From assembly GCA_965216875.1 (NCBI GenBank), contig OZ244207.1:7072001-7136000 (forward strand): a stretch of DNA of 64,000 nt. The letters run 5' to 3'. The translations under genes and the position numbers were made by a program. Positions within the stretch are counted from its first letter, which is position 1. Every line of letters starts with the position of its first letter. Shown here one piece after another: positions 28,530 to 38,119 of this stretch. The notes below the pieces were generated by a model. It was not told where the DNA came from. It saw only the letters and a program-made list of their open reading frames with translations, and ran no database searches. Source of the stretch: Rubripirellula sp. GTDB taxonomy: Bacteria > Planctomycetota > Planctomycetia > Pirellulales > Pirellulaceae.

Positions 28530-30887
28530 TCAGTCAACGTAGATGAATTCGTTGAGCCCGAAGAGGGACTGACAATAGTCGGCGAGCGCTTCGAGGCGCG
28601 GATCCGTTTCGTTTCGCTTGGTTCGTGCATTGGTCTGGGCATCAATAAATGCAACCGACGTCGCAATTTCTTGGTCGCTTGGCAGCCGTGCGAACGATGT
28701 TTCGAATGCGTCGCTGATGAAAGCGCGAAGGGGATCATCCGTTGCGGCTGAATCGTCGTCGTTTCGCTTTTCGAGTAGGGTCGCAAAATCACGTGCGACC
28801 GTGCGAACGAAGCGATCGTTCAAAATGACCATCGCCTGGGGAGCAACCGTGGTGTTCTGGCGGCGAGCACAACTGGTCATCAGGTCGGGGCGATCAAACG
28901 CCTGGAACATTGGGTACGGAATCAGCCGCTTGTGGAACATGTAAACGCTGCGTCGCCGCGTCGATGCATCGTCTTTAGCATCTTGAGGGTAACCTTCCCC
29001 TTTGATGTTCCTGGCAAGGTTGGCCTCTGGGGCGATGAAAGGTTTGAATCCTGGTCCGCCCGCTTGAAGGTTAAGTGTTTCGCTGACAGCCAACATGGCG
29101 TCGCGCATCGCCTCGACTTCCAATCGCTGGGGTGCCATTCGCCACAACAAAGCGTTTGACGGATCGACTTCCGCGCCACGTTCGTCCGACGCTTCGCGCG
29201 TGCTTGCTTGTTGCCAAACGGCGCTGTCTAGGATCTTGCGGTGCAATGCTTTCAGGTCCCAACCGCTGGCGACAAAGTCGTGCGTCAAGTACTCGAGCAG
29301 CATGGGGTGTGAGGGCGTGTCGCCGCGTACACCAAAGTCGCTTGTCGTTTCGACAAGGCCTTTGCCGAAGTGGTGGTGCCAAACGCGGTTGACCATGACG
29401 CGAGCCAGCAGCGCGCCGCCACCCTGCTGTGTGTCGGTGATCCAGTCGGCAAATGCGCGGCGTTGGAGTGTGCTTTTGGGGTCTCCGATTTCTCCAAAAG
29501 CCGTCTTTGCGTTTTGCCAATAATCCTTGGCTGTTGCCGTTGACGACAGCAACGCCGGAAATCCGATGTCGACCTCGATTTCGCGGTCGTAAAAATCGCT
29601 GCGGCGAAAGTGCCAAGTGGTGCGCCGCTTGTCGTCAAAGTCTTGGAAAAAGAACGCTTCTTTGCCGCTGGGTAGCTTTGCCGTGACACGGTCGCCCGAG
29701 TGGAAGACGCCAAGCAACTGGTAGTACTCTTTCGACGAGAAGGCATCGTACTTGTGGTCGTGACATCGAGCGCAGGCGACGGTGATGCCAAGCAGTCCCG
29801 ATCCAAGCGTCGAGATCACATCGTCCAATTCGTTGTAGCGATTCATCAAGCGTTCGCTTTCAAGGAACGAATCGGGCAACTTGAACGAGGGGCCGGCGGT
29901 CAAGAATCCGGTAGCAGACACGGCCGCGTCGTTGCTTGGTTGATATTCGTCGCCCGCGATTTGCCAACGAACAAATTGATCGTAAGGCATGTTGTCGTTG
30001 AGTGCCCCGATCACAAAATCGCGATAGGTGTAGGCGTGCGGACGATCCATGTCCGATTCTTGTCCGTCGCTGTCGGCATATCGGGCCAGGTCAAGCCAAT
30101 GCCGACCCCAACGTTCGCCGTACCGTGGCGAGTCGAGCAACTCGTCGACCAGGTTCTTGATTGCAGCTTCACGATCCATGACATGCGCCGCGATGAATCG
30201 GTTGATCTGCTCGGGGGTCGGCGGGAGTCCGGTCAAATCGAAGTAGAGTCGACGAACGATCGTGCGGGCGCTGGCGGTCTTTGAAGGCTTCAAGCCGGCT
30301 CGCTGAAGTCGGCGAAGCACGAATTGGTCGATTGCCCCTTTCGACCAATTGTCGTGTGACTGGCGAACGGGAGCATCGACATTCTCTAAACGCTGAAACG
30401 CCCAATGTGATTTAGCTTGATCCAGTTTTGGATCAACGATGTCGGCGTCTGCTGGCCATGTCGCCCCTTGGTCGATCCAATCGCGGATCGCGCCGATCTG
30501 TTGTTTGGTAAGTGGTTCGTTTCCCTCGGGCGGCATCAACCGATCGTTGTCTTCCCCTGAGATCAATTGAACCAGCAAACTCTCGCCACTGTTGCCTGGA
30601 AGGATCGCCGATTCACTGTCGCCGCCACGCATCGCTTTGGTTTTTACACCAAGGTTGAGTCCACCTTCTTCGGTAGTTCCCGCATGACACTCGAAACAGT
30701 GTTCACGCAGGATCGGTTGGATGTCACTGACGAAGTCGACCGAGTTCGCATCTCTTGGTTGCCGTCGATCGGTCGCGGCTTTGTGACCATCCTGCTGTGC
30801 GTTCACTGTGCCGTTGGAAACCGATACTAAGATCGCCAACAGCGCGGCCCGTAATCGAAGCGGCAAGGAAAGAGGAAGGGCATTCAT
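28530..30887 (-). CDS. PSD1 (DUF1549/DUF1553) and planctomycete cytochrome c domain protein
   Basis: Signal peptide, CFECH, HWAF, RRLYFDLTGLPPT, YGERWGRHWLD, CARCHDHK, ARVMVNRVW, PSHP..L, RRSVY. ATG at 30887. Confidence 0.93.
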   Translation of the reverse strand: MNALPLSLPLRLRAALLAILVSVSNGTVNAQQDGHKAATDRRQPRDANSVDFVSDIQPILREHCFECHAGTTEEGGLNLGVKTKAMRGGDSESAILPGNSGESLLVQLISGEDNDRLMPPEGNEPLTKQQIGAIRDWIDQGATWPADADIVDPKLDQAKSHWAFQRLENVDAPVRQSHDNWSKGAIDQFVLRRLQRAGLKPSKTASARTIVRRLYFDLTGLPPTPEQINRFIAAHVMDREAAIKNLVDELLDSPRYGERWGRHWLDLARYADSDGQESDMDRPHAYTYRDFVIGALNDNMPYDQFVRWQIAGDEYQPSNDAAVSATGFLTAGPSFKLPDSFLESERLMNRYNELDDVISTLGSGLLGITVACARCHDHKYDAFSSKEYYQLLGVFHSGDRVTAKLPSGKEAFFFQDFDDKRRTTWHFRRSDFYDREIEVDIGFPALLSSTATAKDYWQNAKTAFGEIGDPKSTLQRRAFADWITDTQQGGGALLARVMVNRVWHHHFGKGLVETTSDFGVRGDTPSHPMLLEYLTHDFVASGWDLKALHRKILDSAVWQQASTREASDERGAEVDPSNALLWRMAPQRLEVEAMRDAMLAVSETLNLQAGGPGFKPFIAPEANLARNIKGEGYPQDAKDDASTRRRSVYMFHKRLIPYPMFQAFDRPDLMTSCARRQNTTVAPQAMVILNDRFVRTVARDFATLLEKRNDDDSAATDDPLRAFISDAFETSFARLPSDQEIATSVAFIDAQTNARTKRNETDPRLEALADYCQSLFGLNEFIYVD

Positions 30888-31062
30888 GCCATTTCGATCC
30901 GGTGAGTGAAGAAGTAGATGGGAAAGGCTGGTGTCGATCACGGGGGGGGAGCAAAGATCGGCTTGAGATGTCGCCGAACCGATGCATCCTACAGCGTACG
31001 TAAACGACAGCCGACAACAATTCGCCGATGCGCAAATCGGTTTCGATTTTTGCTCGCCATCA

Positions 31063-32220
31063 CTATTTTGTGCGGTTTTGCTGGCGGTATTCGCCTGGTG
31101 TTGTACCAAAGTATTGTCGGAAAGCTTGTGACAATGACGCGCCGGTGGAGAAACCTGCGTCGGATGCGATCGTGGCGACAGGTTTGTCGGAATCGAGCAA
31201 CATCCGACCGACGTAGGCCATTCGAACCCGGCGGATTTCTTCGGCAGGACTGCGATTGAGCTCTGCGCGGAAACGTTGTTCCAGTCGGCGCCGCGAAATT
31301 GGGAATGCCTTTAGCAGGTCGGCCACCGTGATGCCTCGCGGAGCTCGGTCGCGAATATACTCGAGTACTCCCGCAATTTCGCTGTCAGGCATTGCGAGGA
31401 TATCCGTCGAGTGCCTTGCTCGAACGCGAAGCGGTGGCACGAGTGTCTCGCGTTTGGGGGCTACACCACCGCTCATCATTTTGGCCAATAGCTTGGCTGC
31501 GGTTTCACCGATTCGGTGACTGGCGAGTTCGACCGCCGAAATCTGAGGGGAGGCAACGTTGCACAACAATTCGTCATCGTCCCCCGAAAGCACAGCGACT
31601 TCGTCGGGAATCCCAATCGACTCGGCTGAACAGATTTCGATAAGTTGTCGCGCCGGATAAGGATCAGCTGCAAAAACACCCAACGGACGCGGTAACGTAC
31701 TGAGCCAACGTCTTACTGACGAGTAGTTCGTCAACCATCCCGATTCATCATCACCGGCGGCATCGTACATCGCACATTGATATCCGCCGGAGGCAACCGC
31801 ATTTGCGAACGCGGCCGGACGCACGTCGGAGTACCGACCGATCGGGGGCGCATAGCAGGCAAAGTGTTTGAGGCCTCGATCACGGAAATGCTCGAACGCC
31901 ATTTTTCCGCGGACCGCGTCATCCGTTGCCACGCGCGCAAGCCAGTCATGCTTGGGCACCATGATGCCTACGTCGACCACCGGCAGTCTCAGGTTTTTGA
32001 CATGACGCACAGAAGGCGCATTCTTTAAGGACGCGATCACGCCATCGCCATTCCAGACATTGGGTAGGCGTAGCCTGCCCTGTGAGTCACGCGGCGAGAT
32101 CAGCAGTGTCCACCCATTGGCGCTTCCGAACTTACAGACCGCTTCAACGATGTTGCGGCCCCACGAATCGTCGGTTTCGACCAAAATGCCGACATGTCGG
32201 GGGCGCTTGCTGAGTGACAC
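31063..32220 (-). CDS. XylR-like transcriptional regulator (periplasmic-binding-like sensor + AraC HTH)
   Basis: GDGVIA, EHFRDRGLKHFA, IPDEVAVLSGDDD, ISRRRLEQRF, IASDAGFS..FRQYFGTTPGEYR. GTG start inferred. Confidence 0.92.
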   Translation of the reverse strand: MSLSKRPRHVGILVETDDSWGRNIVEAVCKFGSANGWTLLISPRDSQGRLRLPNVWNGDGVIASLKNAPSVRHVKNLRLPVVDVGIMVPKHDWLARVATDDAVRGKMAFEHFRDRGLKHFACYAPPIGRYSDVRPAAFANAVASGGYQCAMYDAAGDDESGWLTNYSSVRRWLSTLPRPLGVFAADPYPARQLIEICSAESIGIPDEVAVLSGDDDELLCNVASPQISAVELASHRIGETAAKLLAKMMSGGVAPKRETLVPPLRVRARHSTDILAMPDSEIAGVLEYIRDRAPRGITVADLLKAFPISRRRLEQRFRAELNRSPAEEIRRVRMAYVGRMLLDSDKPVATIASDAGFSTGASLSQAFRQYFGTTPGEYRQQNRTK

Positions 32221-32391
32221 AGAGAATCGTCCGAGGTGGATCGTCCCGTAAATTGGAGGGTGCGCAGTATAGTAAGTCTTGTGCGCAGCTGCGCACGACG
32301 GCTTTGCGACAAGTCTCGTCGTAAGCGGCGTGCTAGAATCGCAAGCACTTGGGAACGCGCTCAAAGGCCTTAAGAATCAGGAGTCCGTGCC

Positions 32392-33426
32392 ATGTCGGTA
32401 CGAACCGCGGACTGTTTTCGAAGCGTTTGCTTCTGTCTGGCGACTTGCATGACAGCGGTGGTTGCTCCAGTGACTTCGGCAGCGGCCGACGAAACCCTTG
32501 ATCTCGATTCAAACAAGCCGAGCCGAATGATCTTGCATGTTTGCAAAGCTGACGGGACGCCACTTCGTCCGTTGGTTGCCGATGCGAAGATGCGCGACCA
32601 ATTTGATCGACAGGGTACGCCCGATGTCTCGGCGGACGGCAAACGGGTCGCCTTTGATGCTTGGTCGAACGACGGTGGCGTTTGGCAGGATGCTCGCATC
32701 ATCGTCGTCGACTTTGACGGTAAGAACGCGCGCGATATCTCCGACGGGGTGATGCCCTGCTTTTCACCCGATGGAAAACGGTTGGTCGTGAGTCGCCCAG
32801 GCAAGCAGACCAAAGATGAAGGTGCGAAAGGGATGTCGATTTGGGTGATGAACATTGACGGCACCGAGAAAAAGATGATTGCCGATCAAGGCGCTTGGGG
32901 CGCTCGCTGGTCAGGCGATGGCAGGACGCTCGTCTTTCATGGTGGACTAGATGCCGATGGAAAAAAGGTCAACAAGAACTGTCTGCGTGTCTATGACTTC
33001 GAGTCGGGTGAAACTCGTAACGTGTTTGAGCCCAAAGAATCGCCCTTCAAACAATTGAGTTTCCATTTTGACTGGGCAAAAGGCGACAAACGACTTGTAG
33101 CGTTTGGCGGACAACTCAAGGCTGGATCGTCGGCTTCAGCAATCGTGAATGTTGATGAAGGAGTCGATTCGATCGAGATCATCGTTGATGCCGAGCAGAA
33201 CGACTTGCAAATGTTTCACGGTACGTCGATGGACTGGCATCCGTCGAGCGAATCGATCTTGGTCACGGCGAGGCAAGGTCGACGCACCGTGCTGCACCTT
33301 TTGCCCTTGGACTACGAGGCGGAGACCGAGCAATTTGATGGTCTTCCCGACACCGTTTCAGTACGTGATCCAATCATCACACCTGACGGTAAGCACGTGA
33401 TCGCGTCACTGAGCGCGGTACGGTAA
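32392..33426 (+). CDS. Exported TolB-like/PD40 beta-propeller protein
   Basis: Signal peptide; repeats PDVSADGKRVAF, PCFSPDGKRL, RWSGDGRTL, PIITPDGKHV. Confidence 0.85.
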   Translation: MSVRTADCFRSVCFCLATCMTAVVAPVTSAAADETLDLDSNKPSRMILHVCKADGTPLRPLVADAKMRDQFDRQGTPDVSADGKRVAFDAWSNDGGVWQDARIIVVDFDGKNARDISDGVMPCFSPDGKRLVVSRPGKQTKDEGAKGMSIWVMNIDGTEKKMIADQGAWGARWSGDGRTLVFHGGLDADGKKVNKNCLRVYDFESGETRNVFEPKESPFKQLSFHFDWAKGDKRLVAFGGQLKAGSSASAIVNVDEGVDSIEIIVDAEQNDLQMFHGTSMDWHPSSESILVTARQGRRTVLHLLPLDYEAETEQFDGLPDTVSVRDPIITPDGKHVIASLSAVR

Positions 33427-33430
33427 CGAA

Positions 33431-33871
33431 TTGGCAACGTCGCATGACAAACTGAGGTTTAGTCTTGGCAAGGCAATGCTGATCGTGGCGTCGTATGCGG
33501 CGCTGATGGCTCTCATGCAGTCTCGCGGAACGCTCGCTCTAACGTTCGCTGCAATTGCCGGGACCAGTTGGGCAGGAATTCTTCTGCTTGCGACGCGCCA
33601 CGATGTGAGACGCATCGCGATTGTCAGTTCGGGATCACTTTTCGGGCTGTTCGTTTCCTTTAGCTGCTGTGCGCCGGTGGTACGGAGCGCCAGTCACTCC
33701 ATCGTCACCTACAGTGTTTTGGGCATTGTGATCGGCGGCCTGTTGGCATCATCGCTGGCCAGCGTGCAAAATGCGGTGGATCCGGACGCGGAAACCAACA
33801 ATAAGTGCAACGATGAACATGATGAGCAGGACAACGAAATGCATGACGAGCAGTACGGCAAAGAGGGGTGA
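33431..33871 (+). CDS. Hypothetical membrane protein with acidic tail
   Basis: RFSLGKAML start typical of planctomycete membrane proteins; about four hydrophobic helices. Confidence 0.65.
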   Translation: MATSHDKLRFSLGKAMLIVASYAALMALMQSRGTLALTFAAIAGTSWAGILLLATRHDVRRIAIVSSGSLFGLFVSFSCCAPVVRSASHSIVTYSVLGIVIGGLLASSLASVQNAVDPDAETNNKCNDEHDEQDNEMHDEQYGKEG

Positions 33872-34365
33872 GTGGGCCCGTGGTTGATGACAATTCGAGA
33901 TCGGAGCAAAGCGAAGCTGAGGATCAGGATTCGTCGCAGCCTCAGAATTTGCTGACGCGAGAGTTCGCGATGCCTCTGCGGATCAAGTTCCAGTTGAAGG
34001 ATCTATGCGAGATCATTGTGGGAGCTTCCGTGCTTGCGATTCCGGTGGCCTATACCGAAGAGGTTTGGAGACTTGGTGAGCAGCTGCCGGCTGCAAATGT
34101 CGCAGCAGTCGTTGTGACTTCCATTTCGATCTGTTCACTGTTCGTCTATTACATCTACTACCAGCACAAGCTTGCGGCCAACTTTCTGCAGTTCCTACTG
34201 CGGGTGGTCGCTTGCTATGGAGTCACGCTGTTGGTGGTCGCGTCGATCCTGGCGATGTTTCAGAAGTTGCCGATCGACACGGACCCCGCGATTGCAATCC
34301 GCCGAATCATCCTGGTCGGCTTCCCGGCCTGCTTTAGCGCAACGGTTGTCGATTCGCTGAAGTGA
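33868..34365 (+). CDS. DUF2391-like membrane protein
   Basis: DLCEIIVGASVLAIPVAYTEEVW and FPACFSATVVDSLK motifs. Confidence 0.8.
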   Translation: MSGPVVDDNSRSEQSEAEDQDSSQPQNLLTREFAMPLRIKFQLKDLCEIIVGASVLAIPVAYTEEVWRLGEQLPAANVAAVVVTSISICSLFVYYIYYQHKLAANFLQFLLRVVACYGVTLLVVASILAMFQKLPIDTDPAIAIRRIILVGFPACFSATVVDSLK

Positions 34366-34437
34366 TCACAGCTAGTTCGTGCGGCGCCGGCCGTTAGGTC
34401 TCGGCCGCTTGCCCCAAGGGAGACGCAGTGATTCTTT

Positions 34438-34532
34438 GTGAGCCGAACGCGCTAGCGTCGGGCCCTTCGAGATAGATATAGAGTGTACGGCCCGACGCTG
34501 TGTACGGCCCGACGCTAGCGCGTACGGCTCAC
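34438..34532. repeat. REP family A inverted doublet with internal 17-bp duplication
   Basis: A copies at 34438-34464 and 34506-34532; GTGTACGGCCCGACGCT occurs twice in tandem. Confidence 0.85.
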
Positions 34533-34546
34533 GGGCCAGGCGAGAA

Positions 34547-35290
34547 TCAACGGCCGTAGTTGGACCAAAAGAGACTTGCCAGCATCAGACGTAGGTCGGA
34601 CGGCCATTCGGTCGGCAACAGAACGATCATGCCTTGGAAGGTGATGCCTTCGTGAATGTGGACCATTCCAATTGGTTCGTCGTCAAGGTAAAGGAACGAG
34701 CGAGTTGGGAATCGTTTGTCCGCTTCGGGAACGACCTTCAATCGCATCTTGTCCCCTACTTCAATTTCGTATTCGCGTCCGAATTGATGCGGCACGGTTG
34801 CTTGCACAATCGGATCACCGCCCAGTGGCAAGTGATCGATGGCAACATGATGGCGTAGGTGGCCTCGCGTCTTGGTCAACTTGTAGCCTTGTCCCCCAAT
34901 CGCGATGTTGACCGGATGGTGATGGTGGCGTGGAATCGTGGCTTGTGCGTTCCCGTCGATGTCGACGATGTCAATGTCTTTGGCAAAGTAGCCGCAAAGT
35001 GGCAGTGCCAAGAATGCATCTTGCGAGAACGCATCGCTGTATTCATCTCGCCAAAACCGCTCGCGAACGGGGATGTCGGCCAAACGCTTGCTCGTTTGAT
35101 TGCCAGCGAACGCGGTAAAGAAGATGCCACCAAATCCGACGAAGGTGACAAGGATGGCAAGATTCAATCCGGCGCTACCATCACCAGCACTTGCAAGCGG
35201 GATGATCAGAAAGGGCATCGCAAAGGCGATCCCGAGGCTGGCAAAAAAGTACCGGCTCATTTTCTGTTTGAGAGCTTGCTGGTCAGCCAT
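34547..35290 (-). CDS. Hypothetical membrane protein (two N-terminal TMs, beta-rich C-domain)
   Basis: Two hydrophobic helices followed by a soluble domain; 247-aa ORF filling the gap. Confidence 0.7.
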   Translation of the reverse strand: MADQQALKQKMSRYFFASLGIAFAMPFLIIPLASAGDGSAGLNLAILVTFVGFGGIFFTAFAGNQTSKRLADIPVRERFWRDEYSDAFSQDAFLALPLCGYFAKDIDIVDIDGNAQATIPRHHHHPVNIAIGGQGYKLTKTRGHLRHHVAIDHLPLGGDPIVQATVPHQFGREYEIEVGDKMRLKVVPEADKRFPTRSFLYLDDEPIGMVHIHEGITFQGMIVLLPTEWPSDLRLMLASLFWSNYGR

Positions 35291-35647
35291 TGGATTGACG
35301 TTCTTGCTGTGGTGGGGAGCGATTGTTGGTCGTACCGCCTTCAGGCGGACGGATAGGCCGGCTAAAGCCGGTACTACGAACGGGCGGATGGATAGGCCGG
35401 CGAAAGCAGATGGCGGCTCGGCGGGAGCCTCGCCCTCCCGATCATTGGGATGGTCCGCAAAGATAGCTCACGATGGGTCGCCAAGACGTCGATTGGCGTA
35501 ACCCGATCAACCGGCACAACGCGAACGGTGTCTGCGGTGGTCCACCGGCTTTCAAGTTGATGACCTGTCGATCGCTTCCGGTCATGCTTCTACGACCCAT
35601 GTTTCTGTGAGTCTCATTCGTGGCCACCCGTATGCGCTGACCAACAC

Positions 35648-37945
35648 ATGTCCGACCTCCCACCCGATGGAATCACGCCAAACTTGCGTTCAACTGCGCA
35701 GGGTGATGTGCCGCTGGCCGCCCAGTTGCCGGAAGGCAGGCAAACACCGCCAGCTGGTGGGGAAACGGTCGATCTGCGAAAGGGGCAACCTGAAGAGCCT
35801 TGCCAGGACGCGGGCCAAGTTCTGGAGCAACTTGAGCAAGTCGAAGCACTTGTCGAAACGGCCAACCAATCGCCCTCCGACTCTTCGGATGCCAATGGAT
35901 CGATCTCGGGAGAGACCGCGGACCCGATGATTGGTCGCCAGATCGCGAGCTACAAGATTTGCGAGCGGCTTGGCCAAGGTGGGATGGGGACGGTTTACCG
36001 CGCGTTTCAAACCGATCCGGTCAAACGCGATGTGGCGCTCAAGGTCTTAAGTCTCGATCTCGATGACCATCGCAATACCTCAACGCGGGCTCGCGAGCAG
36101 TTCATCAGCGAAGGCCAAGTGCTCGCCACACTCTCGCATCCTGAGATTGCAATGGTGTTGGATGCCGACGTGACCGAATCGGGTAATCCCTTTTTTGTGA
36201 TGGAATTGGTCGAGGGCAAGCGGCTGGATCAATTTGCCCGCGAACACAAACTCACCACACGCGACCGCATTCAATTGGTGCAGCGGATTTGTCGCGCCGT
36301 CCATCATGCTCATCAGCAAGGCGTTGTCCATCGAGATTTGAAACCGCCCAATATCTTGGTCGGCGGGACGCCCGAGTCGCCTGTGGTGAAAGTGATCGAC
36401 TTTGGAATCGCCAAGGTGCTTGAAGGCAACCAGATCCTTCCCGCGAGTGAAACGGTCGAGAATCGTCTGATTGGAACGCCTGGCTACATGAGTCCTGAGC
36501 AGGCGTCCTGTGGCGACATCGATGCGCGAGCCGATGTCTACTCGCTCGGCGCGATCCTCTTTCAATTGCTCTGCGATGCCCCGCCGATCAACCGACAAGA
36601 CACACCCTACGAATCTCTCGATGAATTGCTGCAATTGAGCAGGACTTTTTCGATACCACGACCAAGCCAACGATTGATGGGCAAGTCGCCAGAGCGGCGC
36701 GCTGAATTGGCATCAACACAGCAGTGCACGGTTTCGGAACTTGTGCGTCAATGCAAAGTCGATCTCGATTGGGTCGTATTGAAGGCGCTCGAAAAGGATC
36801 GGCGACAGCGGTACGCAACGGCGAACGATTTTGCAGATGACCTGCAACGTGTGCTTGACCAAGAACCGACACACGCCGCCGCGCCGACGTTGCTCTATCG
36901 CGCCCGCAAATTGGCGGCGCGGCATCCGATCTCGGCGATCGCAGGATCAGGCCTTCTCGTGGTCGCCGTATTGATCGCCACGCAGTGGAAACAGGCGCAA
37001 GACCAACATGCTGCGCAACACGCCTTCGCCATCCATCAGAGCGATCGATGGATGGATCAAGCAGACACACTGCGGCGATCGGTCGATGCAGGCGACGAGC
37101 GCCCTCAACACAAACTCAACCAAGCGACCACGCTCCTTGAACGGACGCGATTCTTGCTGGCCTTCGAGACGGATCTCCAGGAGGCCGAGCGACGACGAAA
37201 ACGGATTGCCGAACAGATTGAATCGGATGAGCGGGCGTTCGACTTTGTTGCCCAAGTCGACCATGCACGGCACCTGGCGTTCTTTCCCGAAGGGACCGAA
37301 CGCGGCTCCAGTGAACGCGATTCTGTTTCGCGTTCCTCCGTGACGCGGGCGCTGTGTGGATTTGGCGTGTATCCAGGCGAAACGAAGCCCGAGGTTGCGG
37401 TCGAGGCGTTCGGCGGCATGCCCTCGGGATTGGCCGAGCATGTCGTGGAAGCATTCGATTTTGTCATCGCGCAAACGCTCGCCAAACCTGGTCGGGATGT
37501 CGATGCTGGTTGGCACTACGAAGTGGTTCGTTGTCTCGACCGAAACGAAATCCGCAACGAACTTCGACGCGCGATCATCGCAAAGGATTGGGATGCGATC
37601 AACAGAGTGGCTCAGCTCGATTGCGATGGCGATCAATTGCCGTACAGTCGCATCCAGCTCGCAGTAGCGTTGAGCGAACTGGGAAAACGGTCCCACTCAA
37701 CCAACGTCTTGCGCAAGGCGGCTCAAACGCATCCAGAAAACTATTGGGTGAATTTGCATCTTGGCATTCATCTGGCAGAGGATGACGCGTCACGCGTAGA
37801 GGCGCTTCGGTACCTGACCGCCGCGGCCGCACTACGCCCCGATTCGCCCACACCGCCAGCTCATTTGGCAAACGTGCTCGAGTCGCTTGGACGGGACGAG
37901 GAAGCGAAGATGCAGCGCCACCGTGCGAAACGATTGCAGTTTTAG
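35648..37945 (+). CDS. Ser/Thr protein kinase with TM helix and C-terminal helical/TPR-like region
   Basis: LGQGGMGTVY, VALK, HRDLKPPN, DFG, GTPGYMSPE and DVYSLG all intact; TPR-like C-terminus (AAQTHPENYWVN..ALRPDSP). Confidence 0.93.
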   Translation: MSDLPPDGITPNLRSTAQGDVPLAAQLPEGRQTPPAGGETVDLRKGQPEEPCQDAGQVLEQLEQVEALVETANQSPSDSSDANGSISGETADPMIGRQIASYKICERLGQGGMGTVYRAFQTDPVKRDVALKVLSLDLDDHRNTSTRAREQFISEGQVLATLSHPEIAMVLDADVTESGNPFFVMELVEGKRLDQFAREHKLTTRDRIQLVQRICRAVHHAHQQGVVHRDLKPPNILVGGTPESPVVKVIDFGIAKVLEGNQILPASETVENRLIGTPGYMSPEQASCGDIDARADVYSLGAILFQLLCDAPPINRQDTPYESLDELLQLSRTFSIPRPSQRLMGKSPERRAELASTQQCTVSELVRQCKVDLDWVVLKALEKDRRQRYATANDFADDLQRVLDQEPTHAAAPTLLYRARKLAARHPISAIAGSGLLVVAVLIATQWKQAQDQHAAQHAFAIHQSDRWMDQADTLRRSVDAGDERPQHKLNQATTLLERTRFLLAFETDLQEAERRRKRIAEQIESDERAFDFVAQVDHARHLAFFPEGTERGSSERDSVSRSSVTRALCGFGVYPGETKPEVAVEAFGGMPSGLAEHVVEAFDFVIAQTLAKPGRDVDAGWHYEVVRCLDRNEIRNELRRAIIAKDWDAINRVAQLDCDGDQLPYSRIQLAVALSELGKRSHSTNVLRKAAQTHPENYWVNLHLGIHLAEDDASRVEALRYLTAAAALRPDSPTPPAHLANVLESLGRDEEAKMQRHRAKRLQF

Positions 37946-38036
37946 AGGCGTGTTTGTCGTCGCGCCTTCAGGCGGATGAGCCGGAGGATTGTGAGGCCCG
38001 ACGCGACGCGTTCGGCGCAGAGCCGCGGAGCCTTTC

Positions 38037-38116
38037 GTAGGGTGTGTGCTTGCACGCACCACCGATGCATATTGGAGGTTGTGAGGCGATTTGGTGCGTG
38101 CAAGCACACACCCTAC
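38037..38116. repeat. GTAG-type REP inverted doublet (REPIN-like)
   Basis: GTAGGGTGTGTGCTTGCACGCACCA and its exact reverse complement ending at 38116; related half copies near 5517 and 8514. Confidence 0.9.
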
Positions 38117-38119
38117 TGT

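Noticed and set aside
25736..35290. Genomic island integrated at tRNA-Asp
   Set aside because: No integrase, and I saw no duplicate of the tRNA 3' end; the downstream genes are typical planctomycete families.
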